Shown here one piece after another: positions 48,148 to 59,441 of a DNA stretch of 64,000 nucleotides. Position 1 is the first letter of the stretch. Every line of letters begins with the position of its first letter. The notes below the pieces were generated by a model. It was not told where the DNA came from and did not search any database. It was given only the letters and a program-made list of their open reading frames with translations. The translations under genes were made by a program, and so were the position numbers. Origin of the DNA: an uncultured delta proteobacterium (GTDB lineage Bacteria; Desulfobacterota; Desulfomonilia; Desulfomonilales; Desulfomonilaceae); assembly GCA_963789265.1 (NCBI GenBank), contig CAWBKB010000001.1, forward strand, positions 2,240,001-2,304,000, given 5' to 3'.

Positions 48148-49289
48148 TTACAGACCCATGAACTTCGCGGCAATAGTCTTCATGATTTCGTTTGTTCCCG
48201 CGAAGATGGACATGACCCGCACATCCCGCCATGCTCGTGCCACGGGGTATTCCTCGCAGTACCCGTACCCCCCGTGAAGTTGGAGACATCCATCGATAAC
48301 TCTTTTGGCCATGTCTGTGATCCAGAACTTGGCCATGGAAACGTCGAGAACCACGTTCCGTCCTTCAATATGCTCCACAAGGAGCTTGTCCAAGAAGGTG
48401 CGGCCCAGTTTCACATCTGTAGCCATTTCCACGATCCTGAACTGAGTGTTCTGGAACTTGGAGATTGGTTTTCCGAAGGCGCTACGCTCCTTACAGTACG
48501 TGATGGTCATTTCAGAACCCGTTCTGCGAGGGCCTGTGCACCGATGGCGCAGACGAGCCGCTCCTGTTGGAGCTTCTCCATAAGCATTAGGAATCCTGAA
48601 CCCTTATCACCGAGCCGGTTGCTCTTGGGAACCCGGCAGTCGCTGAAAAAGAGTTCCGCTGTGTCCTGGCTATGCCAACCAACCTTCTTCAGTTTCCGAC
48701 CTTTCTCGAACCCGGGCATGCCTGCCTCCACGACATACAGATCTACTGCTTTGTGAGGATTCTCGACAGACGGGTCCTTTGCGGCCAGTACGACAAGGTC
48801 GCAGATAATGCCATTGCTGATGAAGGTCTTCTGGCCGTTAATGACGACGTAGTCCCCGTCATCCACCGCAGCGGTGCGCATGGACGCGAGGTCGCTTCCC
48901 GCATTGGGCTCTGTCATGGCAACAGCGGTTATGGTGTCGCCGGAAATGCAGCCCGGTAGATACTTCCGTTTGAGATCGTCGGAGCCATAAGACAAAATGT
49001 ACGGAACCACTATGTCGCTGTGTAAGGCGGCCAACAGACCGAAGTGATTGCTCTTGGCCAACTCCTCCATCAGGATCGCCGAATATAAGAAGTCAGCCCC
49101 GAGGCCGCCGTATTCCTCCGGGACCTGCATGCACAAGAATCCGTTTTCCCCCATCTTCTTCCAAGCGGATCTGGGAACGATGCCGGCTTCCTCCCACTCC
49201 TCCACATGCGGGGTGACTTCCCTGGCAAAGAATTTTTTCACGGAATCCCTGAATATTCTGTGATCTTCAGTATAAGGTAGAATCTCCAT
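48148..49289 (-). CDS. Acyl-CoA dehydrogenase (LCAD-like); 1-nt frameshift near 48510
   Basis: AMTEPNAGSD, KTFISNG, DTAELFF, QERL; the second frame has QLHGGYGY and IFAGTNEIMK. Adding one A joins them. Confidence 0.9.
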
Positions 49290-49563
49290 TGATCATCTCC
49301 TCAAGAGGTAAACCCCAATTCAATAAATTCCGACCATGCGACCGCCGGTACAGGAGCTAAGCCACGAACGGGACCAAATCGTCAGCCCGAACTCTGAGCC
49401 GGTGGTAGGTCGGGCCATGCCCGACGTCCCACGTTAGCAAGAGCGGCCACGGGCCGCCCTACCGCATTCTAGATTGGCGGGACAGCCTACCGCTGAAGGA
49501 CGGGCAAGATGCCCATCCCCACTAAGATCCCCATTGCCACCAGGTCAATTTCTCTTTCCGTGG

Positions 49564-51234
49564 TCACTTTGGAGAATCGCCGTAAGCGCCCTTGTGCTCT
49601 TCCCGAATCACCTTCTTGTTGATTTTTCCGACGCTGGTCTTCGGTATGGAATCCACGAACTCAACTATGTCAGGAAGCTGCCACTTGGCGAATTTCTTGC
49701 TCAGATGGTTTCGGATCTCGTCTGCATCGACTCCGCCCCGGCTCTCCGGACGCAGGACTACGAGGGCCAGAGGACGCTCCTGCCATTTGGGATGTGGCAC
49801 GCCCACAACGGCAGCCTCCAATACGCCTGGATGAGACACGATCTCGTTTTCCATGTCCACCGAGGAAATCCATTCTCCGCCGCTCTTTATGACGTCCTTG
49901 ACGCGATCCGTGATTTTCACATACCCCTCGGCATCAATGGTGCCCACGTCGCCGCTGCGCCAGTATCCGTCCTGGGTAAATTGAGTCTCCGAGCCGGGGG
50001 CGTTGTAATAACACGATGTGATCCAAGGCCCTCGGATGAGAACTTCGCCTTGTGTCTGTCCGTCCGGTGGGACTTGATTTCCTGAACTGTCAATCACCGT
50101 GAGGTCCAGGCCCACGACGCAATATCCCTGTTTTCGCTTTTGATCCCACCGTTCTTCTTCCGTCAGGGTGCTCTCCATCCACGGCTTGATCCGGTTTATG
50201 GTCGCCAACGGGGTGGATTCCGTTGCCCCGTACGCGTGAATGACCTCCGCACCGGTCAAATCGGCAAAGCCTTTCATCATTGCGACCGGCGGTTCGGTAG
50301 CCCCTGACAGGAGTCTCACTCCACTCAGGTCCGGCTTCGGGTCGAGGGTTCGAATGTATTCCAGAAAAGGCATGAATATGGCCGGCGCCCCAGCGCTCAC
50401 GGTGACTTTTTCTTTCACGAAAAGCTCTGCGAGAGTGCCAAGCGTGTCCAGAGTGTACATGCCTGAAAAAACCTGTCTGCAGCCGACCAGGGTAGCTGCC
50501 TGGGCCGTGCCCCATCCCAGGGCGTGGAACATGGGCACAATTTGGAGGCTGCAATCCCGCATGGTTGTTTCGCAGTTCAAAGCGATGGCACAGCTATGCA
50601 GATATACATTCCGGTGGGAGTAGTAGACTCCTTTCGGCTTGCCGGTGGTACCTGTGGTGTAACACGCAGCGTACGCGGATTTCTCATCAAGGTCGGGCCA
50701 GTCATAGGACGGCGAAGCCTGGGCAAGGATCTCCTCGTAAGACCATACATTCGGAAGCTGTTCTTTGAACTCATCGATCTTCCTGGACGTGATTACCACG
50801 TACCCCTTGACCTGCGGGCACAGGGGAGCAATTGCCTTCGCAATAGGAACGAGCAACTCATCGACGATAATGAGAGAAGCTCCTGCATGGTTCACCACGT
50901 AGGACAAATCCGCGGGAGACAGGCGGAGGTTCAGCGTGAGCATGACCGCACCCATCCCGGGAACCCCGAAGTAGATTTCGTAGTTCTCGTGAGTATTCCA
51001 AGCGAGAACCCCCACTCTGTCCCCCACCTTGACCTCCAGTCCAGCCAAGGCATTGGCCAATCGACCAACGCGATCGTAAGCCTGGCGGTAGGTGTATCGG
51101 AAAATTGTCCCGTCGTGTTTCCGGCTCGCTATCTCCTGGTCAGCGAAGTTTCGAGCCGCGTGCCTGATGATGTTGGTCACATTGAGTTGATAACCGTCCT
51201 GAGACGTTGCCGGGAATCCGTGTACAAGACTCAT
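49564..51234 (-). CDS. Medium/long-chain acyl-CoA ligase (AlkK-like)
   Basis: [39 protein letters not shown]. Confidence 0.9.
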   Translation of the reverse strand: MSLVHGFPATSQDGYQLNVTNIIRHAARNFADQEIASRKHDGTIFRYTYRQAYDRVGRLANALAGLEVKVGDRVGVLAWNTHENYEIYFGVPGMGAVMLTLNLRLSPADLSYVVNHAGASLIIVDELLVPIAKAIAPLCPQVKGYVVITSRKIDEFKEQLPNVWSYEEILAQASPSYDWPDLDEKSAYAACYTTGTTGKPKGVYYSHRNVYLHSCAIALNCETTMRDCSLQIVPMFHALGWGTAQAATLVGCRQVFSGMYTLDTLGTLAELFVKEKVTVSAGAPAIFMPFLEYIRTLDPKPDLSGVRLLSGATEPPVAMMKGFADLTGAEVIHAYGATESTPLATINRIKPWMESTLTEEERWDQKRKQGYCVVGLDLTVIDSSGNQVPPDGQTQGEVLIRGPWITSCYYNAPGSETQFTQDGYWRSGDVGTIDAEGYVKITDRVKDVIKSGGEWISSVDMENEIVSHPGVLEAAVVGVPHPKWQERPLALVVLRPESRGGVDADEIRNHLSKKFAKWQLPDIVEFVDSIPKTSVGKINKKVIREEHKGAYGDSPK

Positions 51235-51258
51235 TGCAGCTTCTCCTTCCCTGGTTGC

Positions 51259-51900
51259 TTATTCCGATGCTTCCGTTATTCCCCGGAAGACAAGTTCACA
51301 GAGCCGATCAGAAGCCTCATCAGGATTTAGTGTGCGGTGGAAAAGAACGCTGGGGAGGCACGTATGTTCAATTCCCCCCAGAATGAGCTGCCTAATAGGC
51401 GTCGCGGGGATGTCCCTGCGGATGGAACCTTCCGCTTGCCCTTCCCCGATGATTCCCATAAGAAGACTAGTATACCGTTTCACGGTCTCGTATGCGGCGC
51501 TGCTGAAGTAATCCGGGTGGTTTCTGACCTCCAAGAGAAGTATCCGCGAGAGGACCTTACTATGAGCGTACAGAGTGATATGCATCCGTATCAGTTTGCG
51601 AAGCTTATTCAAAGCTCCTGAGATATCGGATAGCTCCTTTTCCAATGGAATGAGGTAGAAATCCACGTAGTCGGAAAGAACCGCGTGCAGCACATCCCGT
51701 TTGTCCTTGAAGTACTTGTAGATAAGCCCTTCGGTAACCCCCGCGGTGGCGGCGAGTTCCGATACGGTGATCGAAGCGAACCCTTTCAGTTCCAGCAGTA
51801 CTTTGAGGGCCTCCATGATTTTGACCTTGCCCGGGGGAAGCTTCTTTTTCGAAGAACCAGGGACTTCATTGCGGTCCGTCATGGCCACGCCTTTGCTCAT
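51259..51900 (-). CDS. TetR-family regulator
   Basis: KGFASITVSELAATAGVTEGLIYKYFKDK. Confidence 0.9.
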   Translation of the reverse strand: MSKGVAMTDRNEVPGSSKKKLPPGKVKIMEALKVLLELKGFASITVSELAATAGVTEGLIYKYFKDKRDVLHAVLSDYVDFYLIPLEKELSDISGALNKLRKLIRMHITLYAHSKVLSRILLLEVRNHPDYFSSAAYETVKRYTSLLMGIIGEGQAEGSIRRDIPATPIRQLILGGIEHTCLPSVLFHRTLNPDEASDRLCELVFRGITEASE

Positions 51901-53078
51901 AGTCGCTCAATGACCGTAGCCGGTGCCATTCCGCCGCCGGTGCAGAGAGTGACGAGGCCGTACCTCCCTTGGGTCCTCTCGAGTTCGTGCAGGCACGTAA
52001 CCACGAGCCGGGACCCTGAATTTCCCACCGGATGTCCCAGGGCTATTGCCCCGCCGTTGGGATTGACACGTTCCCAGTCCGGTTTGTATTCGCGGCCCCA
52101 GGCCAGAGGAACGGATGCAAAAGCTTCGTTTATCTCTACCTCGCTAACCTCGTCGAGACGGAGGCCGGCCATCTTGAGTACCTTCCGGGTGGCTGGAATA
52201 GGCCCGGTGAGCATCATTACCGGGTCCGCTCCTGCAACGGCCGATGCAACTATCCTTGCCCGCGGCTTCAATCCAAGTTCCTTTGCCTTGCGGCCGGACA
52301 CGATCAGAATCGCCGATGATCCATCGGTTATTGGACTGGAATTGCCGGCCGTAATGACTTTGGTGCCGAACACGGTCTTAAGACCAGACAGCGCTTCCAT
52401 CGACGTATCGGGTCGAACGGTCTCGTCCCGCGTGAACAATCGTTCCTCGCCGTCAGTGCCCTTGATCCTTACCGGCACTATTTCCCGGTCGAACCTGCCC
52501 TCAAGCTGGGCTCGATGGGCTCGCTGGTGACTCCGCAGGGCAAATGAATCCAATTCCTCTTTGGGAATGCCCCATTTCTCGGCGATCAGTTCAGCAGCTT
52601 GTCCCTGATCGACGAACTTACCGCCGGTACGCTTCAGATATGCCGGTCCCAACGGCATTCCAGCCGGCTGACCGTTCGCCAGAGTCAGATTCAGCCACTC
52701 CGCGGCAATAGCGTACTTGCTCATGACCTCGCAGCCGCATGCGATCATGCAATCGCGCCAACCAACCATGACCTGGGCTGCGCAGAAATTGACAGCAGTG
52801 AGACTGGACCCGCACTGTCTGTTTATGGATACTCCAGGGGTGTCGTCAGGAAATCCCGCAGCAAGGACCGCCATTCGAGCCAGTGTGAATCCCTGCTCGC
52901 CCACCTGCGTGACGGTGCCGCCAACCACGTCCTCCACCTGAGCGGAGTCTACTCCCACTCGATCTACTACTTCCCTCAGGGCCAATCCCAGCAGCTCATC
53001 GGCTCGGAAGTTCGCAAGACTTCCATTCCTTTTTCCTATGGGCGTTCTTACGGCACTGACTATGAATGCTTCCTGCAT
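51897..53078 (-). CDS. Thiolase (acetyl-CoA acyltransferase)
   Basis: NRQCGSS, NEAF, GHPVG, LCTGGG. Confidence 0.95.
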   Translation of the reverse strand: MQEAFIVSAVRTPIGKRNGSLANFRADELLGLALREVVDRVGVDSAQVEDVVGGTVTQVGEQGFTLARMAVLAAGFPDDTPGVSINRQCGSSLTAVNFCAAQVMVGWRDCMIACGCEVMSKYAIAAEWLNLTLANGQPAGMPLGPAYLKRTGGKFVDQGQAAELIAEKWGIPKEELDSFALRSHQRAHRAQLEGRFDREIVPVRIKGTDGEERLFTRDETVRPDTSMEALSGLKTVFGTKVITAGNSSPITDGSSAILIVSGRKAKELGLKPRARIVASAVAGADPVMMLTGPIPATRKVLKMAGLRLDEVSEVEINEAFASVPLAWGREYKPDWERVNPNGGAIALGHPVGNSGSRLVVTCLHELERTQGRYGLVTLCTGGGMAPATVIERL

Positions 53079-53088
53079 AGCTCCTCCA

Positions 53089-55185
53089 TTAGATCAGACT
53101 CGAATCCACACCGCATGCGACGAGCGAATCGAATTCGGGTGCGGGTCTGAGGTCCGGCATTGCGAATTTATCCGAGAGTTCCGTTAGCCTTTGCTTGACC
53201 GCCTTGACTCCCTTGAGACTCACGTATCTTGCGGGCCCGTGCCAACAATCGGGGAAGCCGATTCCCAGAGCAGCCCCCAGATCCATGCTGTAGTAATCTT
53301 TGAGGACTCCTTCGCTCATACAGCAAAATGCCTCGTTAACCATGCCGAGCAGCAAGATGTCCTGTGCTTCTTCCGGTGTAGGAATCGGTAAGCCTTCCGC
53401 CCTAACGATGAGTTCCGCCGCAGCTTCGTTAGGCACCAATTTTCGATCGTCGAGATAGAAACTCGGCTTTCCCGCACCGACGAAGCCGGCCTCGTACATT
53501 TTCACGAGAGAAGGAGGAACGTTGAGGCGACCCTGAAGATGAGAAACAAGGAACCGGGACGCATGATAGACTACATTGCCGCCTGCCGTCCCGTACACGT
53601 GCAACGGCCCCTGAGGGAATCCCGCTGTCAATGCCAGCCTGTCCACCTCCCACGGCGAGAGACCCAACTCCGCCAGCCTGAACCCGCCAATTACGTATGA
53701 AGCAAACGTCCGGCTCGTGTAAAAACCCGGTCCATCGTTAACCAGGATAACTGTCTTGCCCATAGCCCGGCCCAGGGTGACGGCTGTGGCCACTGCGGCA
53801 GGGCTAGACTGCGGGCCCTCTATGACTTCCAACAACTGCATGAGAGCTACGGGAGAGAAAAAGTGCATACCCACAACCTGTTCCGGATGGGAGCATGCGC
53901 CGCTTATCTCGGCCATGGGGATGGTTGACGTATTGGACCCAAAGATCGCTCGAGGATTGGCCTCCTGGACCTTCCCGAGGATCGTTTGCTTGAGCTGAAG
54001 ATCTTCGAATACGCACTCGATAACCACGGGGACATCTTGTAGTACCGAATAGTCAGCACTGACGCTGAGGTTGGCCATTGCGGCATCTCTGCGCCGCTGT
54101 GGCCAGCGGCCTCGGGCAACGAGATCGTCCAGAGTCTTCTGAATCTTCTCAACAGCCCGCCGAGCGGTTTCCGCATCCACATCGACGAGAGTGGTCTTGA
54201 TCCCGTTATCCGCCGCCACCTGAGCAATGCCGCTCCCCATAAGTCCGGAACCGATGATTGCCAACTTGTCAACGGCTAATGCCTTTCGGTTGTCAACCTT
54301 GGCCAGTTTCGGACCGACACTGGAAGCAAGGAAAAAGAGATCGATCTTGTTGCGGGAATTCGCGTTTGCGAACAACGGCACAAGCAACTCGACATCACGT
54401 CGGGCCGCCTCGTCGAACGGCATCATGAGAGATGCGCCCAGAGAGTCCAGCGCCGCTGCGATGTACGGGCGGTGCGGAGATAGGCTGTACCGATTTCGTG
54501 CATTCGAAAGAACGTTCTCTTTCTCTCCTTCGGTTGACTGATCGGCCGACCGATAACCCGGATCGTAATTCCGATTCACGATTCCCTGATGCCCTTTGAC
54601 CCACTTCACCGCCTCAAGACTGAGGTCCGCCGACTTACAGAGGGTAACGAGTCCCGTCCACGCAAAATCTTCTGCCGGGCTTATCCGCCCCGTGAGGACG
54701 GCGTCCACCGCTGGCTTGAACCCTATGACCCTCGGGAGAATCTGAGTCCCTCCACCCGCCGGGAAAAGACCAACGTTGATTTCGGGAAGGCCCATCTTCG
54801 AGGAAGCGGTCGCAAAAACATGATCGCAACCCCAGAGCAGCAGTTCGAAACCGCCGCCCAGGGCCGTCTGACCGTCGAGGACGGCCACCACCGGAAATGG
54901 CGCTTTCGCCAGAGCCGCCAAGGCTTCCTGGTATCTCAATACCGCGTGGCGGAGCGTCCCTGGTGTGGCGGTCATGAATTCCTTCAGATTGGCCCCATCG
55001 AGAAAGCTTCTCTTCTTCCCCGATACAAACACCGCACCGCTGACTTCGTCCGCGAGGGCACTAGCTGTGGCTTGCTCCAGATCGGCCACAAAGTTCTGTC
55101 CCACGCTGTTGACCGGTCCGGCAGTATCTATAGTCAACGTCGCAATCTTGGACGAGCGATCCAACGTGTACGCAACTTCAGTCAT
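53089..55185 (-). CDS. Enoyl-CoA hydratase / 3-hydroxyacyl-CoA dehydrogenase (FadB/FadJ-like)
   Basis: GGGFE and GLPE crotonase glutamates; GSGLMG, SNTST, GMHFFSP. Confidence 0.9.
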   Translation of the reverse strand: MTEVAYTLDRSSKIATLTIDTAGPVNSVGQNFVADLEQATASALADEVSGAVFVSGKKRSFLDGANLKEFMTATPGTLRHAVLRYQEALAALAKAPFPVVAVLDGQTALGGGFELLLWGCDHVFATASSKMGLPEINVGLFPAGGGTQILPRVIGFKPAVDAVLTGRISPAEDFAWTGLVTLCKSADLSLEAVKWVKGHQGIVNRNYDPGYRSADQSTEGEKENVLSNARNRYSLSPHRPYIAAALDSLGASLMMPFDEAARRDVELLVPLFANANSRNKIDLFFLASSVGPKLAKVDNRKALAVDKLAIIGSGLMGSGIAQVAADNGIKTTLVDVDAETARRAVEKIQKTLDDLVARGRWPQRRRDAAMANLSVSADYSVLQDVPVVIECVFEDLQLKQTILGKVQEANPRAIFGSNTSTIPMAEISGACSHPEQVVGMHFFSPVALMQLLEVIEGPQSSPAAVATAVTLGRAMGKTVILVNDGPGFYTSRTFASYVIGGFRLAELGLSPWEVDRLALTAGFPQGPLHVYGTAGGNVVYHASRFLVSHLQGRLNVPPSLVKMYEAGFVGAGKPSFYLDDRKLVPNEAAAELIVRAEGLPIPTPEEAQDILLLGMVNEAFCCMSEGVLKDYYSMDLGAALGIGFPDCWHGPARYVSLKGVKAVKQRLTELSDKFAMPDLRPAPEFDSLVACGVDSSLI

Positions 55186-55204
55186 GACAAACCCCTTCTC
55201 ATTC

Positions 55205-56398
55205 TTATCCGCGGATGATGACGGCTTCTCCCTGGGTCAGCCCCCCGCAGATCGCAGCCGCTCCCAGACCTCCACCTCTGCGACGAAGCTCGTACATCAT
55301 CGTCATGGCGATTCGCAGACCCGAGGCCCCCACCGGGTGTCCCATGGCGATAGCACCTCCGTTGACATTGGTCTTCTGCAGAAGCTCGAACCAATGCTCT
55401 CGGTCACCGTCCGCAAGGATCTTGGTGCTGACTAACGGCATGGCTGCAAACGCTTCGTTGATTTCGATGAGATCGATCTCGTCAATCGTCAATCCCGACC
55501 TGCCGAGAGCTTTCCTTATCGTGAGCGCCGGTATCCAGGATATCCCATAAGGTGCGTCGGTTTCCCCAGCCGCCTCTACGATGGAGCCTAGCGGCTCCAA
55601 ACCGAGTTCCCGTGCACGTTCTGCCGTCATTACAACCATTGCGGAGGCTCCATCGTTGAGACCCGGAGCATTTCCGGCGGTAGTCGTACTGGCCCCGAAA
55701 ACGGTCGGCAACTGCTCCACCGCGGCAACGGTGCTGTCCGGCCGCGGGGCCTCATCGACGGCAAAAAGGAATGAATCTCTGCCTTTTCGAACCTGAATCG
55801 GCGCCAACTCGTCGGTCAGTTTGCCGTCAGCCAGCGCTTTGAGAGCCTTTCTGTGCGAACCCACAGCCCATGTGTCCAGCATCCTCTTGGGCACATCGTA
55901 TTTCTCCGCTCCATCTGCCGCGTCTACTGCCACGGAATTATATCCGGTGTACGTAATCGGATAGATCGGATCTTTCAAGTTCACGTCACCAATGCGAATC
56001 CCCCCCCTCAATGCGCGATTCAAATGGGGTATCTTGCTCATGGCCTCCACGCCCACAATCAGGGCTGAAGAGAACTCCCCGAGCATCATTCCCCAGACTG
56101 CCATGCGGAGCGCTGTGAGTGAGGAACAGCAGGCTGTGTCCAAGGTGATGGCAAACCTGTCGATCCCCAATTTGAGCCCTACTTGACGTCCGGTTACCGA
56201 AGCGGTTTCAAAGGATGGAGGGAAACAGTTTCCCACACAGAGATGTTCAATTTTCTTGCTCAAATCATGACCTTGGGCCGTCAAAGCAGCTTTGGCAGCA
56301 TGCACTGCCAGATCCAGGGGTTCCATTGCTGAGAGGGCCCCAAGGTACCGGCCGAAGGGGGTTCTTTTTGCGCCCACGATAACGAAACCGTCCGACAT
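55205..56398 (-). CDS. Thiolase family protein
   Basis: [39 protein letters not shown]. Confidence 0.9.
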   Translation of the reverse strand: MSDGFVIVGAKRTPFGRYLGALSAMEPLDLAVHAAKAALTAQGHDLSKKIEHLCVGNCFPPSFETASVTGRQVGLKLGIDRFAITLDTACCSSLTALRMAVWGMMLGEFSSALIVGVEAMSKIPHLNRALRGGIRIGDVNLKDPIYPITYTGYNSVAVDAADGAEKYDVPKRMLDTWAVGSHRKALKALADGKLTDELAPIQVRKGRDSFLFAVDEAPRPDSTVAAVEQLPTVFGASTTTAGNAPGLNDGASAMVVMTAERARELGLEPLGSIVEAAGETDAPYGISWIPALTIRKALGRSGLTIDEIDLIEINEAFAAMPLVSTKILADGDREHWFELLQKTNVNGGAIAMGHPVGASGLRIAMTMMYELRRRGGGLGAAAICGGLTQGEAVIIRG

Positions 56399-56499
56399 GT
56401 CTTTTCTCCTCATGTCAGTAGTCAGTGCGACGGGCAGGATGCCCATCCCACTGTTCTGAAAGTTTTCTCCTCATGTCATACTTCAGCGTCTCTAGTAGG

Positions 56500-56567
56500 G
56501 TGGGCATCTTGCCCGCCGATTTCAGTGGGCATCTTGCCCGCCGATTTCAGTGGGCATCTTGCCCGCC
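56500..56567. repeat. Tandem 25-bp REP-derived repeat (2.7 copies)
   Basis: Unit GTGGGCATCTTGCCCGCCGATTTCA; the GGGCA(A/G)GATGCCC core also occurs at ~16410, 16470, 49501 and 56431. Confidence 0.9.
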
Positions 56568-56689
56568 AAGACGCTTTCCTTATCCAGTTGACGGCATTCT
56601 TCGGGACCGTATCGGTCGGCCGTGAATTCCTTTCGAGATTAGGACCAATAACCAAATAACAGGGAAGGCCAAGAGACGCTATTGGCACA

Positions 56690-56721
56690 GTAAGTAAATA
56701 TTACTCACCGCCTGATGTCAA
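56690..56721 (-). promoter_or_regulatory. Sigma70 promoter and probable TetR operator of the beta-oxidation operon
   Basis: TTGACA-N17-TTTACT; imperfect palindrome GTGAGTAATATTTACTTAC overlaps the -10 box. Confidence 0.6.
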
Positions 56722-57003
56722 GTTTGTTTTGATCTAGTTCGAACTCCGGAAGTCGGCTGACTCGGAGCAATGCCCGACAGGGTGAAGATGGGATCAATCT
56801 CACCTTTCCCGGTCGAATAACGTGGGCGGCGTGTTTTCCGTTTTCGTTGGTAACGCAACAAAGGGAACCGTTATCGGCCTTTTACATCGCGTAAAAAAAA
56901 TTGACGCACCACGGCACGTCTGATCGGAGCGCGATCCGCATCAACTCATCCCTTGCAGGCACCAGCCCACCATTCGGGGATCAGTGTAGCTCCGGTGATT
57001 CCT

Positions 57004-57019
57004 TGGCACTAAAGATGCA
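57004..57019 (+). promoter_or_regulatory. Sigma54 promoter of the nuoEFG-like/nfnAB cluster
   Basis: TGGCACTAAAGATGCA (GG-N10-GC); palindrome GCGTAAAAAAAATTGACGC at 56889-56907 is a candidate UAS. Confidence 0.75.
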
Positions 57020-57091
57020 ACAACTGAAATGGCAGCGAGAGCGCTACGGCCCAGGATCAACGCATGCTCGAAACTAAACGGGGGATATTCT

Positions 57092-57544
57092 GTGGAAAAT
57101 ATTGAAAGCGAAAACCTGGTTTCAGGGTTCAAAGGCGAGGAAGGGGAGTTGATCCCTCTTTTGCAACGTGTTCAAGAACGGCTGGGATACATTTCCGAAG
57201 AAGCTGTCGGACGCATATCCCGGTTCTTGAGGATATCTGAAAACCAGATTTTTGGGGTCGCCTCTTTCTATTCGCAATTTCGTTTTATCCCTCCGGGCAG
57301 AAACTCCGTCAGAGTCTGCTCCGGAACTGCATGCCATGTGCGAGGAGGTCAAATACTGGGCGAAACCGTAGAACGGCAACTCGGCATTTCTCCAGGACAA
57401 ACTACTCCCGACCGACGATTCGATTTCCAGCGGGTGGCGTGCCTGGGGTGTTGCGCTCTCGCGCCTGTGGTGCAGATCAACAAGGATGTTTTCAGTCGAA
57501 TGACCGTCACTCGTCTGAGAGAGATTGTGCAGCAATATGAATAG
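57092..57544 (+). CDS. NuoE/HydC-like [2Fe-2S] subunit
   Basis: VASFYSQF, VCSGTACHVRG, CLGCCALAP; GTG start downstream of the sigma54 promoter. Confidence 0.9.
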   Translation: MENIESENLVSGFKGEEGELIPLLQRVQERLGYISEEAVGRISRFLRISENQIFGVASFYSQFRFIPPGRNSVRVCSGTACHVRGGQILGETVERQLGISPGQTTPDRRFDFQRVACLGCCALAPVVQINKDVFSRMTVTRLREIVQQYE

Positions 57545-59441
57545 GCTGAACAGTAAAATCGAAGATGCCCGAAAGAGCTGGGACAAGCTCAAGAACAGCG
57601 ATATTCCGGTCATCTACTTGGGCACGGCTTCATGTGGCAGGGCTGCCGGCGCTATGGATGTGCTGGAATCGGTCTGCACAACATTGGAAGAGAACCTATT
57701 GCAGGCAAAAGTCCTCCAGGTGGGCTGCATTGGCCCTTGTTATTTGGAGCCCCTGATGGACATAGAAGGCCGGGGGCTGCCTCGAATAAGTTATGCCAAC
57801 GTCAAGCCCGCATCAGCCCGAACCATAGTAGAATCGTATCTCATTCACGGAGATCCGCAGCTTAAATCTGCCGTCGGACATTTCGGTGAAAACCCCGACC
57901 AGTTTGAAAGTGGACTTCCTCGTTTTTTTGACCTCCCCATGCTCAAGCCGCAGGTTAGGGTGGTTCTCAGAAATTGCGGCTTCATAGACCCCGAGGAAAT
58001 CGACCATTACCTGGCGAACGAAGGGTATGTGGGGCTCATGAAGGCACTTGAAAAAACGCCCGAGGAAGTCATAGGGGTGGTTCGCGACGCGGGGCTCCGA
58101 GGAAGAGGAGGAGCCGGGTTCCCTACCTACAAAAAATGGGAGATATGCAGAAGCTCCCCGGGAAAAGAAAAGTTCATGATCTGCAATGCCGATGAAGGAG
58201 ACCCCGGCGCCTTCATGAACCGATCCCTGATAGAGGGTGACCCGCATGCGGTTATCGAAGGGTTGGTAATTGCCGCTTACGCCATCGGCGCCACCCAGGG
58301 CTACATCTACATTAGAGCCGAGTATCCTTTGGCAATCGTTCGGCTCAAGAAAGCCATTGCTCAGGCGCGCGAATACGGACTATTGGGCCAAGACATCTTG
58401 GGCTCGGGTTTTAACTTCGATATTGTCATAAAGGAAGGAGCCGGAGCGTTTGTTTGCGGCGAGGAGACCGCTTTAATTGCGTCGATCGAGGGGAAACGGG
58501 GAATGCCGAAATCACGGCCGCCGTTTCCTGCAATTGCCGGCTTACATGGCATGCCTACCATCATCAACAATGTGGAAACCCTCGGAACGCTCCCCAACAT
58601 CGTCAGGAATGGGGCCGAATGGTACAGACAATTCGGGGTCCAGGGCAACTACGGCACCAAAACATTCTCTCTCGTCGGCAAAATTCGCCGTTCAGGGTTC
58701 ATCGAGGTGCCGCTGGGGACTCCACTGAGAAAGATCATTTTCGACATAGGCGGCGGGCCAAGGAAAGCTTTCAAGGCCGTTCAAACCGGTGGACCTTCGG
58801 GAGGATGCCTGTCCGAAGAGTTCCTGGATACTCCCGTAGATTATGAGTCACTCACGGCCGCCGGCTCGATAATGGGATCAGGCGGCCTCATCGTTATGGA
58901 TGAAGACACCTGCGTGGTAGATCTGGCCCGTTACTTTCTGGACTTCGTGCAGAAAGAATCGTGCGGCAAATGTGCCCCTTGTCGAGTTGGAACCAGACAC
59001 ATGGTCGAGCTTTTGAAGAAAATTACAAAAGGAGATGGCGAGCCCAACGATTTGGCAAAACTCCGCACTCTGGCCGACACCGTCAAGGCAGCCTCTCTTT
59101 GTGGTTTGGGACAGACCGCGCCCAATCCGGTTCTTACCACGCTTCGCTATTTCCGTTCCGAATACCTGGCACATGTGACCGACAAATATTGCCCCGCTAC
59201 CGTGTGCAGGGCCCTGATCGAGTATCGTGTCATTCCGGAGAAATGCACCGGATGCAGGAACTGCGTGGCCGTCTGCCCTACGGGCGCCATTACCGGCCCG
59301 AGGCGAGAACCGCACAACCTGGATCCTTCAAAATGTATCAAGTGCAGATCGTGTTACGAGGTTTGTCGTCATGACGCCATAGCCGGTGACGCCATTGTCA
59401 TCAGGTCCGGGCGGAGAACTGCTGATGAATCCACAAAGTGA
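57537..59441 (+). CDS. NuoF/HydB-like FMN/NADH-binding subunit
   Basis: N-terminal thioredoxin-like domain, GRGGAGFP, CNADEGDPG, CGEETAL, ESCGKCAPCRVG, C-terminal 2x[4Fe-4S]. Confidence 0.95.
   Translation: MNRLNSKIEDARKSWDKLKNSDIPVIYLGTASCGRAAGAMDVLESVCTTLEENLLQAKVLQVGCIGPCYLEPLMDIEGRGLPRISYANVKPASARTIVESYLIHGDPQLKSAVGHFGENPDQFESGLPRFFDLPMLKPQVRVVLRNCGFIDPEEIDHYLANEGYVGLMKALEKTPEEVIGVVRDAGLRGRGGAGFPTYKKWEICRSSPGKEKFMICNADEGDPGAFMNRSLIEGDPHAVIEGLVIAAYAIGATQGYIYIRAEYPLAIVRLKKAIAQAREYGLLGQDILGSGFNFDIVIKEGAGAFVCGEETALIASIEGKRGMPKSRPPFPAIAGLHGMPTIINNVETLGTLPNIVRNGAEWYRQFGVQGNYGTKTFSLVGKIRRSGFIEVPLGTPLRKIIFDIGGGPRKAFKAVQTGGPSGGCLSEEFLDTPVDYESLTAAGSIMGSGGLIVMDEDTCVVDLARYFLDFVQKESCGKCAPCRVGTRHMVELLKKITKGDGEPNDLAKLRTLADTVKAASLCGLGQTAPNPVLTTLRYFRSEYLAHVTDKYCPATVCRALIEYRVIPEKCTGCRNCVAVCPTGAITGPRREPHNLDPSKCIKCRSCYEVCRHDAIAGDAIVIRSGRRTADESTK

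Noticed and set aside
56500..56567. Possible CRISPR array
   Set aside because: The units are identical 25-bp tandem copies with no unique spacers, the core is a dispersed REP, and there are no cas genes.
56682..56700. Sigma54 promoter on the + strand (TTGGCACAGTAAGTAAAT)
   Set aside because: No GC at the -12 position.
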